Assembly (NCBI RefSeq): GCF_009914755.1
Contig: NC_060938.1
Length of the DNA stretch: 64,000 bases
Strand: one strand, 5' to 3'
Origin: the human T2T-CHM13v2.0 reference genome, Homo sapiens
Under the pieces are notes generated by a model. That model made no database searches, was not told the DNA's origin, and was given only the letters and a program-made list of their open reading frames with translations. The first letter of the stretch is position 1, and the number at the start of each line of letters is the position of its first letter. Of this stretch, positions 1 through 16,523 are shown in pieces. The position numbers and the translations under genes were made by a program.

Positions 1-186
1 TATTGATAGACCAAAAATCACTTTGGACATTTCTAGCTATATATATCCTAATGATCACACATTTTTTTTTTTTTTACCACTCTTGCTTATGATCGTATCT
101 TACACACTTTTAAGATTGCGTACATAATTGTGAGGCACGCGGAAGAATACTGGTGCTTTTTTATTTCCTATTTGTTAAAATATGTA

Positions 187-1332
187 TAGTCATGCACTGT
201 GTCATGATGTTTTGGTCAATGATGGACTGCATATAGAAAAGTGATCCCGTAAGATTACAATGGAGCTGAAAAACTCCTATCATCTAGTGACGTTGTAGCT
301 GTCCATTGTCGTAACATAGCATAAGGCATTGCTCACTTTTTGTAGTGATTCTGTTGGAAACAAATCTACTGTGCTGCCAGTTATATAAAAGTGTAGCATG
401 TAAAATTATGCACAGTACATATGCTTGATGATAATAACAAACGACTATGTTGCTGGTTTATGTATTTACTATACTATATATTTTATCATTATTTTTGAGT
501 GTAATCTTTCTGCTTATTAAAAAAGAGTTAACTGTAAAGCAGCCTCAGACAGGCCCTTAAGGAGGTATTCCAGAAGAAGGCATTGTTCTCACAGGGGATG
601 ACAGCTCTGTGCCTGTTACTGCCTCTGAAGACCTTCCGGTGGGACCAGATATGGAGGTGGAAAATAGTGATATTTTGATCCTAGTTGTAGGCTAATGTAG
701 GAACAAAAGCTTATAAATTAAGGATATAAAGAAGAAAATGTTTTTGTACAGCCGTGTAATGTGTTTGTGTTTTAAGCTAAGTGGTACTATAAAAGTTAAA
801 AGTTAAAAAAATGTAAAAAATTAAAAAGTGTATCAAGTAAAGATGTCACAGTAAGTAAAGGTAAATTATTATTAAAGAACATTTTAAAAATAAATTCAGT
901 GTAGCCTAAGTGTACAGTGTTTATAAACCTTATAGTAGTGTACGGTAATGTCCTAGGCCTTCACATTCACTCACCACTCACTAACTGACTCAGTCAGAGT
1001 AACTTCCAGCCCTGAAAGTCCTATTCTTGGCAATGGCCCTATAAATGTGAACCTTTTTTAATATTTTATGCCATATTATACTGTATTTTTTAATGTTTAG
1101 ATACACATACACAAATACTATTGGTCTCCAATTGCCCACATTATTCAGTATGGTAACATGCTGTGCAGGTTTGTACCCTAGGAGCATTAGTCTATCCCAT
1201 TTAGACTAGATGTATAGTACCCTATGCCATCTAGGTTTGTATGAGCACATTCTGTCGTGTTCACACATTGAAAAAATTTCCTAACAATGCATTTCTCAGA
1301 ACATATCTCTATTGTTAATTGATGCATGACTG
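187..1332 (+). mobile_element. Tigger3 (Golem)-type TcMar DNA transposon, non-autonomous (Tigger3b-like)
   Basis: Terminal inverted repeats tagtcatgca... / ...tgcatgactg flanked by TA on both sides; 5' end resembles recalled Tigger3 consensus (gtcaatgatggactgcatata...gagctgaaaaa...ctagtgacgt); ~1.15 kb. Confidence 0.85.
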
Positions 1333-1677
1333 TATTTTCATTGCATTTTTTGATTTAATTAAATTATTAGCCTATAGAACTTGAATGTCTTCTCTTGAAA
1401 TTCAGGTAGAAGCTTTAGACAGATAACTACTCAAGGCCTGAATAATAACCCATCACAGCATATGCAGCATATGAACTGATTATACCAATGTTTCCAAGCT
1501 GTGAAAATTCTGATTAATTTGAGATATTACTTCATTTAATTTCATGGCTTAGCCTATAGAGACCCTCATTTATATGCAAAATAACTTTTTGTGTCAATGC
1601 TGTTGAATCTTTTTGAAGAGTTTTATTCAATGGGGAGGGATCCAAATTTAAGGTACAATTCAAATGGGTGGAGTTAT

Positions 1678-2220
1678 TTTATCAGTCCAGATCCAACTGA
1701 GAGTGAGAAACCACAGAGTAATTTGAAAAGGGAAAGTTGAATATAAAGAATTATTAACTACAACAGTGGAGTAACTATAAGAAAGAAAAAGAGAACACTA
1801 AAGAATATTGGATGGCTGAGAGAGCGTACTCAAGGGAGGAACAACTTAGAAGGCAGAGTGGGGTGTGGGAAGGATCCCCAAAGCTGAGATTGAGATACTG
1901 TTATAGAAGGTGAGGTTGCAATTCACCTCACCTTCTATAGTGAAGAAGTTCTCTGGGTTGCCCAAACCAGAAATGTTTCAATCATCAGGAAATTAGAAAA
2001 CGTCCTTTAGGAGGACAGGCAGGCTGAGGCCCACAGGTGCACACAGGCTCATTCAGGTGTTGGAGGTCTGTTCATCAGCAGGTTGTTTCAAATCTTGTTG
2101 TGCACAGAGTCTGTTTTGAGAGGACCATGGAAAGGAGATCAGTAGATTGGGGCCTGGGCTGCCAGCTAGTTGAGGTACTGCTTGCCCTAGAACAGAGCAC
2201 CTCTGGAAGGGGTACAGCAG
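1678..2220. mobile_element. Probable old LTR-class repeat fragment (family uncertain)
   Basis: Begins tatcagtccagatccaact...gagaaaccacag, resembling reverse-strand ends of ERVL-type LTRs; GC-richer than flanks; boundaries approximate. Confidence 0.35.
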
Positions 2221-2224
2221 AAGC

Positions 2225-2255
<31 letters not shown>

Positions 2256-2429
2256 CACATATATGTATATATGTATGTATATATATGTATATATATGTAT
2301 ATATGTATGTGTATATATATGTATATATGTATGTGTATATATGTATATATGTATATATGTGTATATATGTATATATATGTATATATGTGTGTGTATATAT
2401 ATGTATATATGTGTATATATATATATATA
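2225..2429. repeat. Poly(A) followed by compound (TA)n/(TATATG)n microsatellite
   Basis: Directly visible; source of the I/Y/M-rich spurious ORFs at 2037-2573. Confidence 0.95.
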
Positions 2430-3131
2430 ATTGAAAATAGTACCACATCAGAACCAAGAAGAGAACCTGGTATGTCTTTTCATTTCTTACTAATGAAAGT
2501 TAAACACTGTGCTATTTGCAATGGATATACGCGTAATGCATCCATTATCATAAAGCAGGTAATGAATGAATGAATTTTGAGCTGAGAGACAATCATGAAT
2601 AACTAGGACAGCTACCTTCAAATTGCTCAACTGCAGTGGAAATCAACTACAAAGATACCTAATGTGCATTGCTCAGTTAGCACATGTGTAATCTATGGGC
2701 ACTGACAGTGCTTCCTGACATTTATCGTTTGAGTGGATTTTAAAATATATGCCTTATTACAGAAAATAAGAAAAGACAAAACAACCCGGGTGGCAGTATT
2801 AAGAACATATGACATTCTATGTGTCTGCGGCACAGGATGAATTCAGGACCATCAAAAGTTGAATCAGAAAGAAACTTTTAGGAATCAGATTACAAACCGT
2901 TTTATTTGTCCTACAAAGGAACGTCAATTTAACTTTAACTACCATAAAAAATAGGGTAGATACTGTTTGAGATCATCAACTATACTTGTAGCTTATTATC
3001 TGTATTGCATCTAGCTAGATGGGATAATGTGACTAATTTTTACAAATAGAATTTTAAGTAATGTCATTCTAGGTTGTGGCAATTAAGAGCTTGTGTGTGT
3101 TCTGCAACCCCATAGCTTGAAGCAAAAGATT

Positions 3132-5099
<1,968 letters not shown>

Positions 5100-6458
5100 C
5101 TATCTAACCTACATTGGACTGTAACATTAGTGATAAATAGATCTGTATCTTGCTGGTTAAGTCACTGAGATGTAAGAATTTATTTGTTACTGAAGAACAT
5201 CCTAGCCCAAAATTGTAGGTAGGAGGATAATGTGATATTGTGATATGGTTTTGGAAAATTGTTTTTTTCTCCAAATAAATGTAAGCTCACTTCAGTAAAT
5301 TTAACTTGAATTGAAATAGAAACAACTAGCCAACAATATGTGCTGTTCACTTTATCCCTACAAGATGTTGCAATACTGTTGAGTGAGGGCAAGGATAATA
5401 TAAATGAAATGGTGCCAATGAATGAGAAAGTTTTCGTGATTTGAGAAATTCAGATAATATAAAAGTCCAAGACCTTATATGTAATATAAAAGTTATGTAT
5501 ATTCATGACTCTTCTTGACTTATCACCCTTCTTGATGAACATTAAGATGGTAACTGAAATAAGCTTCCTGGTATTTGCTGAGATTTGTGATTACAGGAAG
5601 AGATGATGAATGAGAATGAGAATGTCAGGGCAAGGTGTCTGTACAAGTTGACAACCCATGGAGAATGCTCATAAACTTCTTATCATGCATCTTCAAGTGT
5701 GTTCTGTATAGTATCTGTTACATAATGTCATTATATTTATTGTATAAAACTATAATACATAGACATAAATATTCTATAATTTGTCAATATGACCATTGAA
5801 ATCTGGAAGAAACATGGGTATTTTCAAAGGCCAAGGAGATACAAAGACCTAGGGATGAAATCTTACCAACATCTGGCAAATGAGACATAGGTCAATGTTA
5901 CAAATATTATTATTATTAATATTCTTTATTTCAAATCACATATGGTTACAATTTGCCTTATTGCTATTAAAGTATTTCCAAGATCTTTATGGCTTATTAA
6001 AACAGTACACTTGTTGTGTAATTGTAAAAACAATTAATTATTTGAATGGGATTACATCAAGTTAAAAATCTTCTGCACAGCAAAGGCAACAATCAACAAA
6101 GTGAAGAGACAATCTACAGAATGGGAGAAAACAATTTTCAAGCTATCTATCTGACAAAGATATAATAACCAGAAAATATAAGGAGCTCAAACCACGAAAT
6201 AGCAAAGAAAAATTTTTTTTGATTAAAAAATTAGCAAAAGATTTGAATAGACATTTCTCAGAAGAAGACACACAAATGGTTAATAGGTATATGAAAAATG
6301 TTAAACATGACTAATAATCAGAGAAACGCAAGTCAAAACCACAATGAGATATTATCTTACCTCAGAATGACTCTTATTAAAAAGTCAGGAACTAACAGAT
6401 GCTGGTGAGGCTGTGGGAAAAAAAGAGCTCTCCTACACTATTGGTGGAAATGTAAATT

Positions 6459-6720
6459 GCCAAGGTGGGCTGATCACGAGATTAGGAGATTGAGACAATC
6501 CTGGCCAACATGGTGAAACCCCGTCTCTACTGAAATACAAAAAATTAGCCAGGTGTGATGGTGCATGCCTGTAGTCCCAGCTACTCGGGAGGCTTGAGGC
6601 AGGGGAATCGCTTGAACCCAGAAGGCGGAGATTGCAGTGAGCCAAGATTGCACCACTGCACTCCAACCTGGCAGTGAGACTCTGTCTAAAAATAAATGAA
6701 TAAATAAATAAATAAAATAA
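6459..6720 (+). mobile_element. 5'-truncated Alu (AluS-like) with (TAAA)n tail
   Basis: Starts ~50 nt into Alu consensus (gccaaggtgggc); linker and right arm present; no TSD. Confidence 0.9.
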
Positions 6721-7355
6721 ATGGAGGTTCCTCAAAACACTCAAAATAGAACTATCATATGATTCAGTAATTCCACTACTGGTTATATAACCAAATAAAA
6801 TATATCAATATGTGGAGAACAACATATCTGTGCTCTCATGTTTAATGCAGCATGATTCACAATAACCAAAATATGGAATCCACATAAGTATCCATCACTG
6901 GATGAATCAATAAAGAAAATGTGGTAGATAGACACAGTAGAATATAATTCAGCCAATACAAAAGAATGAAATCTTGTCATTTGCAACAACATGAGTGGAA
7001 CTGAAGATTATTACATTAAGTGAAATAAGTCAAGTACAGAAAAACAAATATTACATGTTCTCACTCATATGTAGGAGTATTTTTAAGCAGATTTCATGAG
7101 GATAGAGAGCAAATTGGGGGTTACCAGAGGCCAGGAAGTAGGGAGGAAATAAAGAGAGGTTGATTAATGGGTACAAATATGCACTTAGATAGAAGAAATA
7201 AGACCTGGTGTTTGATAGATCAGTAAGGTACCTATAGTTAACATTCATCACTTGTGCATTCCAAAATAGCTAGAATAATTAGGAAGTGCTTAGGATAAGA
7301 AAATATAAATATTTAAGGTGATGGATATATCAATTATTATGATTTGGTTATATGA

Positions 7356-7676
<321 letters not shown>

Positions 7677-7924
7677 CAAATTATCACATTTACACCAAAA
7701 TTGTGTGCCTCTAGTATGTATCAATAAAGTAATTAATTAAAATGTTTATTTGGTATCATTAACACTACGATTAAATTTCCTTCTGTGCCCTTTACCTTTG
7801 TTTTTCCACTTTAAGTGCTCTTCCTCTAACTCTCTCCATCATAAGTTAAAACTCCAAAGCAATATTTATAAATGTCTTTAAATATTTACATCTTTATATT
7901 TATAACTATGTATTTCAATAACAT

Positions 7925-8190
7925 AGTAATAATAATAGCAAACATTTATACAACACTAATTAACACTATGTAAGATGCATATTTCTAAGCACTTTACACA
8001 TACTGATTTGTTAAATCTTCACAAGAATCTTATAATAATGGGTACTAAAATTATCTGCATTTAACATGTGAAGAAACTGAGTCACAGAGAGGTTAAGTAA
8101 TTGGTCCAAGTCACACAGCAAAACTAAGCTGATACAAGCAGGATTTAAGTCTAGATAACTTTGATGGCAGAATCATTGCTTCTAGTTACA
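7925..8190 (-). mobile_element. MIR SINE
   Basis: MIR core gaagaaactgagtcacagagaggttaagtaattggtccaagtcacacagc. Confidence 0.75.
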
Positions 8191-10637
8191 GAATTTGGCA
8201 TCTTTGAGATTCTAGTAAAACATTAGTGACATTCTCACAAAGAATTGTCGTAAAAATCTGTATTTAATCATTCTACATCAAAGATTCTAATTATTAAACA
8301 GTTGGCTTTTCCAAAAAATATCTATACCTTTTACATTTGAGACACAGCATCTATCTGAATGATTACATGTAACCCATACTTAGGTCATAATTTATTCATC
8401 GGAATATGTTAATTTTTTTCCTCCTCAACTCTGCACTTTATTTAAGTCTATAAGATTTGTGACAAGATTTAAAATATCAAATATGCCTTGGTCCAATTGG
8501 TTATTTAATGTTTGTTTTTTAAGGGGGTGTCTTACTTGAAAGTAGATTTCCACATTAAATTATTAGATTAAACCAGCAATTGTGATGGTTCAAATGCTTT
8601 ATCTAAAAGGATATTAGTCAGGACAGGCATCCTCTGGTTACATAACTGTATGGTAAAGTGACTTGTGTGTGTGTGAGAGAGTATGTGGCTGTGTGTGTGT
8701 ATGTGGGTGTATGTATTTATACACTTCTTAAAGAAAAATAGGAAATAAAGAGTTGACCAGCTGGATTCACACACACACAGAAAAAATAAAATAATTAAAT
8801 AAAGAGGAATGAAATCTTTAGAAGCAGTAAATACCTTGTGCCAAATTGGGGTAGGAGTTGAGGGCAGAGAGTGGGAGCATATGGTGAAGTGGAGCTTCTC
8901 AGTGATGTATCACATTTTTTCAAGTAACTTGTAAGTTTGCATTTTAATATTGGGAACAGCTTATGCTGGGTAAATAAGTTGATATGCATCAACTATTACA
9001 TCAACAACTCATCGAAGAGACTGGGGTATTAAAGCTAAACTTAATACCTTTTATACTATATTAAAAAAATGCTCTTTAGTAGCCTTGGAGTGCTTACTTT
9101 TAAGCAAGGGAAGAATCACCAAATAATTGTGGCCTAAAAAAATTTAATAAGCCCTAGAGAAGATAGATATTACTGACTAGCTTGCCATTTCCTTTTCAAA
9201 ATGAATGATTGTAGGTTTTTATTGGTTTAGTTTTCATCTGTTTGAGAATGCTTCCCCCATTCTTTGTGGTTGGTTTGTTTGTTTTAAAGACCAGCACCAC
9301 AGGGAAAGGAGCAAAGCACAGCTTTTCTGAAAAGTCTTTTGTGTTTGCTCATTTTGGCCAAGGAATTAATCCCAGACCTGCCTGTTTATATGACAATGTT
9401 GATATCTGATTCTGTCACTCAAAAGAAAATACAAAACTTTCTTTTGGCATCAATAATTCTATTTTTCCCAGATTGGGTAAGACACAGACACTATTCTGAA
9501 TTCCATTTTTTCCTAGGAAGAACGGTTACCTTTGATGACTTAAAATTTATATATTATTAACATATCTTTGATTATTTATTTGAAGAGACTCCAAAACCAG
9601 ATGGAATTAAACCAAAAGCTTCACAATCTGGTCTTCTAATTAACCTTTTAAAATTTCAAACTATTTTGCCTGTTATTCACATTTTTTGCTTTTATGGTGG
9701 TTCTTTTCCCATTCTTACTGCTTCTAATCTTCTTCTTCATCTGTGGAATTTTAAGCGCTTTTATTTTAAAAGAATGTCACTTTTGTTACAGTGGTATGAT
9801 GTACATTATAGAAGAGAATAAAAGATGCAAATAAACAAACATATTTTATCCTGTTGTAACTTTGGTTAAGTACTTTTTAACTGCTTTTAAAATTTCAAAA
9901 ATTAGGTTCAAACACTGCCCACTTTTGTTGTTACAGCTATAAAAGACAACATGTGAAACAAAAGCTAATCTGAGAAATACCTTACAAAAGATATGTTTAC
10001 AGAAAAGGCAAGTAGAAAGAAGGCTATCCAGGAACATGCATACCCAGATTTGCCTCTTGTCTCATTCATAAAATTAATTTTTTTTTTAATCTAAGCCTAG
10101 GCCTCAGAAAGTTTTGGAAGAAGTAATATAAAAGAAATTTTTAAGAAAAAAAATCTTACATAAAGCATAAAACGTTTTTAAAAGTTCCCCTAGTTCAGGT
10201 CATGTAAAATATCCATGTGTATATTTTTCCTATAAAAGCTTGGTTGAGGAATTAACTTTTTTAAAGAACTATATTTTATTTCTCTGCACATTGCAGAATT
10301 GTATTATTTTATTATAATTTCAAGCTTCTGCTTGGATTGTAAGGTCCTTGAGTTTAAAATCCAAGTTTTATTTAGTAATAGATTATAGAGAGCAATGAAC
10401 AATATTTGTTGAATGAATAAAAAAAATTATCTTGTTAATCAAGACTTATCTATATCTACCTCTAATTTCTTTTATGTTCTTCCATGAAAGTACTTATGTA
10501 AGGGTACCCTCTTTAAGGATAACCATACTTCTTATTGTTGTATGTTGCTTTCATCATATAAATGAAAATAAGAACGTAATTTGGGGGAATAGTCCAGAAT
10601 TAAAATATAGACTTAGCATTTGGTGAGTGGTAAGTAC

Positions 10638-11008
10638 TGTTAAAAGCAAAACTTTAAGCAAATTAAATCTAACAAAATTTATTTGAACAAAGAACAATTC
10701 ATGAATCAGACAGCACTCAGAATCAGAAGAGGTTCAGAGAGTCCACTTTGCAGCATTAGCAGTAGGCTTCTTATAGGTAAATGTGGGAGCAAAGTAAAAA
10801 AATTACTTGATTTGCTACAGCTAGGCATTTGCCTTATTTGGGTATAATCTTATGGAAAGTCCCTGCTTGGAGATTAGTTGGTAGTTTCTGATTGGTTAAG
10901 CTTAAGTTTCATTTTACTGTTTACCTTGGGTTTCAGTTTGCCCATGTGGGAACCCACAGTGCTGGAGCCATCTCAGCCTAATGGCTTCCCAATTACATTT
11001 TGTTAACA
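10638..11008 (-). mobile_element. ERV1 MER4-group solo LTR (MER93-like)
   Basis: TG...CA ends with inverted tgttaa/ttaaca; flanks gtac/gtat; resembles recalled MER93 consensus. Confidence 0.65.
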
Positions 11009-11837
11009 GTATGCAATAAATATTTGTTAAATGAATACTTAATAATAATGGCTAATGAAATTGTGGACTTTTAAAAAGCTTTTCACACTTCTTTCTCCAG
11101 CCACTGTGCACAGTTACTTAGCTTATAAGAGTGGATAGAGGGGGGCTGCGTAGTAAGTCTTAAGACTTGCTCCTGTAAGGGAAGGAAGGAAATGCTCCCC
11201 CTAGGAAGAAAAGCTTTGTCTCAGTATATACATTTCCTTCTTCTCTTGATGCTCCCTGTATTGAGAGTGTTTCTCATGTCTTCTGCCTTTTTGTTAATCA
11301 TGTTTGGCCAGTACTCCTGGTCCAGACGTCCAGATCCTCTGATGTTCAGGCTTCTTGCCTGTGCTCCTGAACCCTGAATATGTGACGTAGACTATTTAAT
11401 ATCTGCCTACCTTTTGGAATACCACAGTTTGCTGTCTAGACTTTACCATCCTCAACTGACAGGTCTTCTAAGAATGCATGATTCTGACCTACAACCACTC
11501 TGATCGTCCCCCTTTGACCTTGTACCACTCTAATTTGTTCCCTCTGTTCCTAGCCAGCTCTCCTTTCCAAAGTCTCCTTGGCCTGTAGTTGGCTTTGTTT
11601 TGCTTTCTTTCCTGGCTTTAATGGGAGCTCGGCATGTGGAACTCATAGGAAAATAGTACTAAGTATTGCACCTAGAGCAAGCACCTTCATAGAGCCACAC
11701 TAATGGTTCACAGATAAAAAGAATCAAGGTAATAAGGAAAGTTAAAGAACAGAGATTATTTAGCCTGGGAATGTGAAGTCTGAGGGACAACTTAATAACA
11801 CCCTCCAATTATGGGGAAGGTTCTGTGAGCATCTTAA

Positions 11838-12205
<368 letters not shown>

Positions 12206-12317
12206 ATTTTTATCTATTTTTTTTTTTTGATTTTACTTTAAGTTCTGGGATACCTGTGCAGAATGTGCAGGTTTGTTACATAAGTATACATGTGCCATAG
12301 TGGTTTGCTGCAACTAT
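12206..12317 (-). mobile_element. Very short L1PA 3'-end fragment
   Basis: ttactttaagttctgggatacctgtgcagaatgtgcaggtttgttacata matches the L1 3' end at 39436; cagctg on both outer flanks (11854, 12318). Confidence 0.8.
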
Positions 12318-13095
12318 CAGCTGATTTTAATCACTACTGAGGACAGAAATAATGAACATGAGCATCAGTTATAGCATAATGGTTTAGGGTTAGGCATGAA
12401 GAAGAATTTCCTGATAGGGATTGCTTATAGCAGTTTCAATGCAAAGAGAAAATATAAAAAAAAAACAAAACACAATTTAATCCAATATCCTAGACTTTCT
12501 TTGGGAAAATTGGAATATAGAACTTTGAGTGACTCAGGTTTTCAACTGGCTCAACAATGTTCAAGGTCATCTGCTTTCCAAGTGATGAGAATAAAGACTG
12601 AAGCTGACATGGACATTCTGAACTTTCACCATCAGCTCCTCTAATTTCTCCGCCATCAGTAGGGAGATGACAGTACAGATGATAGTACATCTCACTCCTC
12701 ATACTATTCTACTTTTCTGCTTCAAGTACTGATTTTGTGTTAAGGATATAAGAGCTGGCTATGACAAGGTACCTATTACTGGCAACAATTAACATAGGGA
12801 TTATTTTGTAGTGTATCATATCACACAAAATAATAATTTAAAAAGAAAGAGTTGTGCTATCAGTTTTCTTTATCTTTTCTTCATTTGTTTCAATGATTTT
12901 CTCCAACAAAGTTTGTTGTGCTAGGTACTGTGCTAATTTTAAAAACTATATTAAGTTGCGGTATCATTATGTAATTACCTTAATTGAAATATTATTCTAT
13001 CTTTTCTTTTGTCCTTAAATGAATTTATAAATAGAAATATATTTTAATATGTTTTATAAATATAAAAATATAAACATTTATTAGGAGCTTAGCGC

Positions 13096-13908
13096 TGTAA
13101 AGGGGGAGAAATATTTATCTTCTACACCTTAATTTCATTAGCTTAGGCCAAGTGAGACTGATGAAAGACAGATTAGCAAGAGAAAAACGTGCAGATTTAT
13201 TTAAGTTTTACATGACTCATTTCTTTCATAAGGAAATGAAGATCTTCACAATTTCTTTAAGCATAAGCATTTTTATACTATGTTTGATCAAGAGTGAAAA
13301 GTCACGGGAAACTATGATAGAAAAGGAAATGATCTAAGGGCAGTAAATGGGGGAAACTCAGCAGGACCTGTTTTGATTCCTTGGCATCCCTTCATCTTTA
13401 GGAATTAGGATGCTCCTTTCCCCTGGGCATAGGGAAGGTACCTCTCACATGAGAGTCTTTCTTTAGGAGAGAAGGGGAAAGCTGGAGAATTCTTCCAGCA
13501 CCTGTTACTTCTCAATTCCTTCCACTTAAAATACTCAGGCTGGGTGCGGTGACTCATGCCTGTAATCCCAGCACCTTGGGAAGATGAGATGGGCAGAGGT
13601 CAGGAGTTTGAGACCAGCCTGGCCAATACGGTGAAACCCCATCTCTAATAAAATTACAAAAATTAGCTAGGTGTGGTAGCACACACCTGTAATCCTAGCT
13701 ATTCAGGAGGCTGAAGCAGGAGAATCACTGGAACCCAGGAGGCAGAGGTGGCAGTGAGCCAAAATGACGTCACTACACTCCAGCCTGGGTAACAGAGCAA
13801 GACTCTATCTTAAATAAATAAATACATAAATACATAAGTAAATAAATAATGAAAGTATTCAATGTGCCAAGACACCATACTTTTAGTAGTGTGTTCTGAA
13901 ACCCATCA
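13096..13908 (-). mobile_element. ERV1 solo LTR (MER31/34/67-related) interrupted by Alu
   Basis: TG...CA ends; minus-strand start tgatgggtttcagaacacactactaaaagtatggtgtcttggcacattgaata typical of this LTR group. Confidence 0.65.
13538..13850 (+). mobile_element. AluS with (TAAA)n tail
   Basis: Alu consensus; degenerate TSD aaaatactca/aaagtattca. Confidence 0.9.
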
Positions 13909-14774
13909 GCTTTTAGTTTAGTAGATGCCCAGCCCCTGTACAAGAACATTCTATAAGCTCCCTGTTTTGCTGGTTGCTTTTGAGGATTTTTCTTCCATCT
14001 ATGTGATTTCAGAAAGCCTTCTTTTGGAGGATTTATGGTAATCTAATATGTCACCTATAGCATCTGAGAACTTGGCTGGTTATATATCCATTTTCTTCTT
14101 CAAAATTACCCATGCAGATTGCACAGAGCCATCTTCCAGAAATCAGTAAAACTTATTTCCATGAATAACCTGAAGGAGCATCACCCGTGAGGTAAACTGC
14201 TCTGTTATGCTAATGTTCTTTCTAGTATTCCTAAGGCAGATAATGGTCCCTCTCACTGAGGCAAGTCAAACTGGTGAATAGCTCATTACCTTATAAAGAG
14301 GCTTTGCTTCTGTTGCCTAACCCTATCAGAAGCCTTGCTTTTTTTTACAAGATTCTGATTAAATCTATCATTATCAAAAAGCTTTCCCTCTGTTTCTTTT
14401 ATTTCTGCTGTATACATATTTATGGATGAAAGGATGGATTTCTTTCTTCCAATAGTCCACAACTTGATGGACTGGGGATTATCTGACAACGTGTGACCAC
14501 CTAACATTTGCCAGAAATCTGACTCATTGGAGACTTACGGTGGGACTTCTTTGTTTACACTTCTGGAGACACTAACTCCCTCCTCACATTGTTGTATTCA
14601 GGGTCAGTTTTCCTTTTTTCTCTTTTGCTTCCGTATCTACAGAATACCTCTCTTTTGAGTCTTAACTCCAACCTTTCACTCCTAAGGATCAAGTCCAAAT
14701 CTATAGAATGGTTTCAAATATTTGGAATTTTTAGTTTTAAGGCAAGAACTGCAACTTTTAAAAATCACTGAATT

Positions 14775-15062
14775 GGCTGGGTGCAGTGGCTTACGCCTGT
14801 AATCCCAGCACTTTGAGAAGCTGAGGCAGATGGATCACCTGAGGTCAGGAGTTCAAGACCAGCCTGGTCAACATGGTGAAACCTTGTCTCTACTAAAAAT
14901 TAGCCAGGCATGGTGGCTGGTACCTGTAATCTCAGCTACTCGGGAGGCTGAGGCAGGAGAATTGCTTGAACTCGGGAGGCGGAAGTTGCGGTGAGCCAAG
15001 ATCACGCCACTGAACTCCAGCCTCAGTGACAGAGACTCCACCTCAAGAAAAAAAAAAAAAAA
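14775..15062 (+). mobile_element. AluS
   Basis: Alu consensus; TSD tcactgaatt on both sides. Confidence 0.93.
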
Positions 15063-15239
15063 GTCACTGAATTGTATTGTCTTGAAAGTCTTTCCCAAGT
15101 CTGATAATTCATTAAAGCAAACCAACAATTGCTGCTATAGTTAAACAAAAGTGGTGTACCCAAATGTGTAACAAGTTTCCTAGGTAATTCTGGTGATCAC
15201 CACAGTTTAAGAAAATGAGGCTAAGGAAGTTGTCATCAT

Positions 15240-15948
15240 TTTGTCTCAGAATATAGCACATTAATATGCTGAAATAAAAAAAGCAGCCTTAAAATCCTTT
15301 TCTGAACTTCCTTCACCTCCCTGTCTCTCTGATCCCTTTTTTCCCAAAGCACCAGAGAGGATCTCTCTGGAAATTCTCTTATCTGAGTGAGAAAATTTCT
15401 ACTAAAACAAATGCAATTGTCTTTAAGCCTCCTCCCTGGGAATCCTATTAAATGCCCGGGAGAACTTAACCACCAGAGAGAAGAGACTGAGGGTTGTCAC
15501 CATGGCCGGACTGACTTTTCATCTGTTCTGCTGAGGGCAGCTTTAAGAGATTACTTGAGGGACTGTATCTGCATAAGAAGAAAACCTTTGCTGGGAAGGC
15601 TGTTCTGTCCCTCACCTTTCTGTAACTTGTCCAAATACTATTGTTTGTCTTTCAGTCCCGTTTGGCATCCAAAGAGAATCATTTACAAATCCATGCTGGT
15701 CTTTGAGCCCATTCATTTATGGGCTCCCCGCCCCTCTCCCCAGTGAAGAGGATATTTAAGCATCAACCATCTGGCTCTTTTTTCTTTCTTTTTTACTTTT
15801 TTATATTATTTTGTGGCTGCCATGCATTCTGCATACTAATAAATTCATTATGTTTTTTTCTATTATTAAACTATCTCTTGTTACAGGGGTATCAGCTATG
15901 ACTCTTTATGATGGGGAGAAAAGTGATTACCCCCTTTCTATCTATACA
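15240..15948 (+). mobile_element. ERV1 solo LTR (MER39-related)
   Basis: 3' end tatgatggggagaaaagtgattaccccctttctatctataca resembles the 3' end of the LTR at 17879-18515; aataaa at ~15838; 5' boundary approximate. Confidence 0.6.
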
Positions 15949-16378
15949 CCATTGATCATGAGTCCTCTTAAAAACAACTTAAATTAATACAAATTTACTT
16001 GGAAAGTTTTATTATAGTGCTTTAAGATGTATTACCATCATCTGTCAGAAATTGCTGCTCTTCTGGTTCAGTTGGGCTTGCAAACATTTCCGTCGCTTCT
16101 CTACTCAAATGCATAAATCCTTGCCTATGCCTTGCCTTCATCTCTGCATGCTATGAGAAACTATATGCTTCTCTGTGACCTTTTGGGCTTGAGCCACACA
16201 GCATTCTTCTTAAACAGCATGCTTTGCAGCATTTAATTTGGGTCAGCTGTTAGACTTCTTCCAACAGCAAAATATAAAGAATGTACAAACATTCAATGTA
16301 AAATTTATTTGTAGTAACTTCAACAATAAAAAGGAAGTTTTTTATTGGATATTTAGTCTCTGGAAAAATCAAGTTATC

Positions 16379-16523
16379 TTTTTCTTTTCTTTTCTTTCTT
16401 TTTATTTTTTGTGATAGGGTCTTGCACTGTTGCCCAGGGTGGTCTTGAACTCCTGAGCTGAAGCAATTCTCCTGCCTCGGCCTCTCAGAGTGTTAGGATT
16501 ACAGGTGAGAGCCACTGCATCCA
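16379..16523 (-). mobile_element. FLAM-type Alu monomer
   Basis: Single left-arm-like monomer with T-rich tail. Confidence 0.8.

Noticed and set aside
2037-2573. Three long overlapping ORFs (123-178 aa)
   Set aside because: Translations of a TA/TG microsatellite that lacks stop codons
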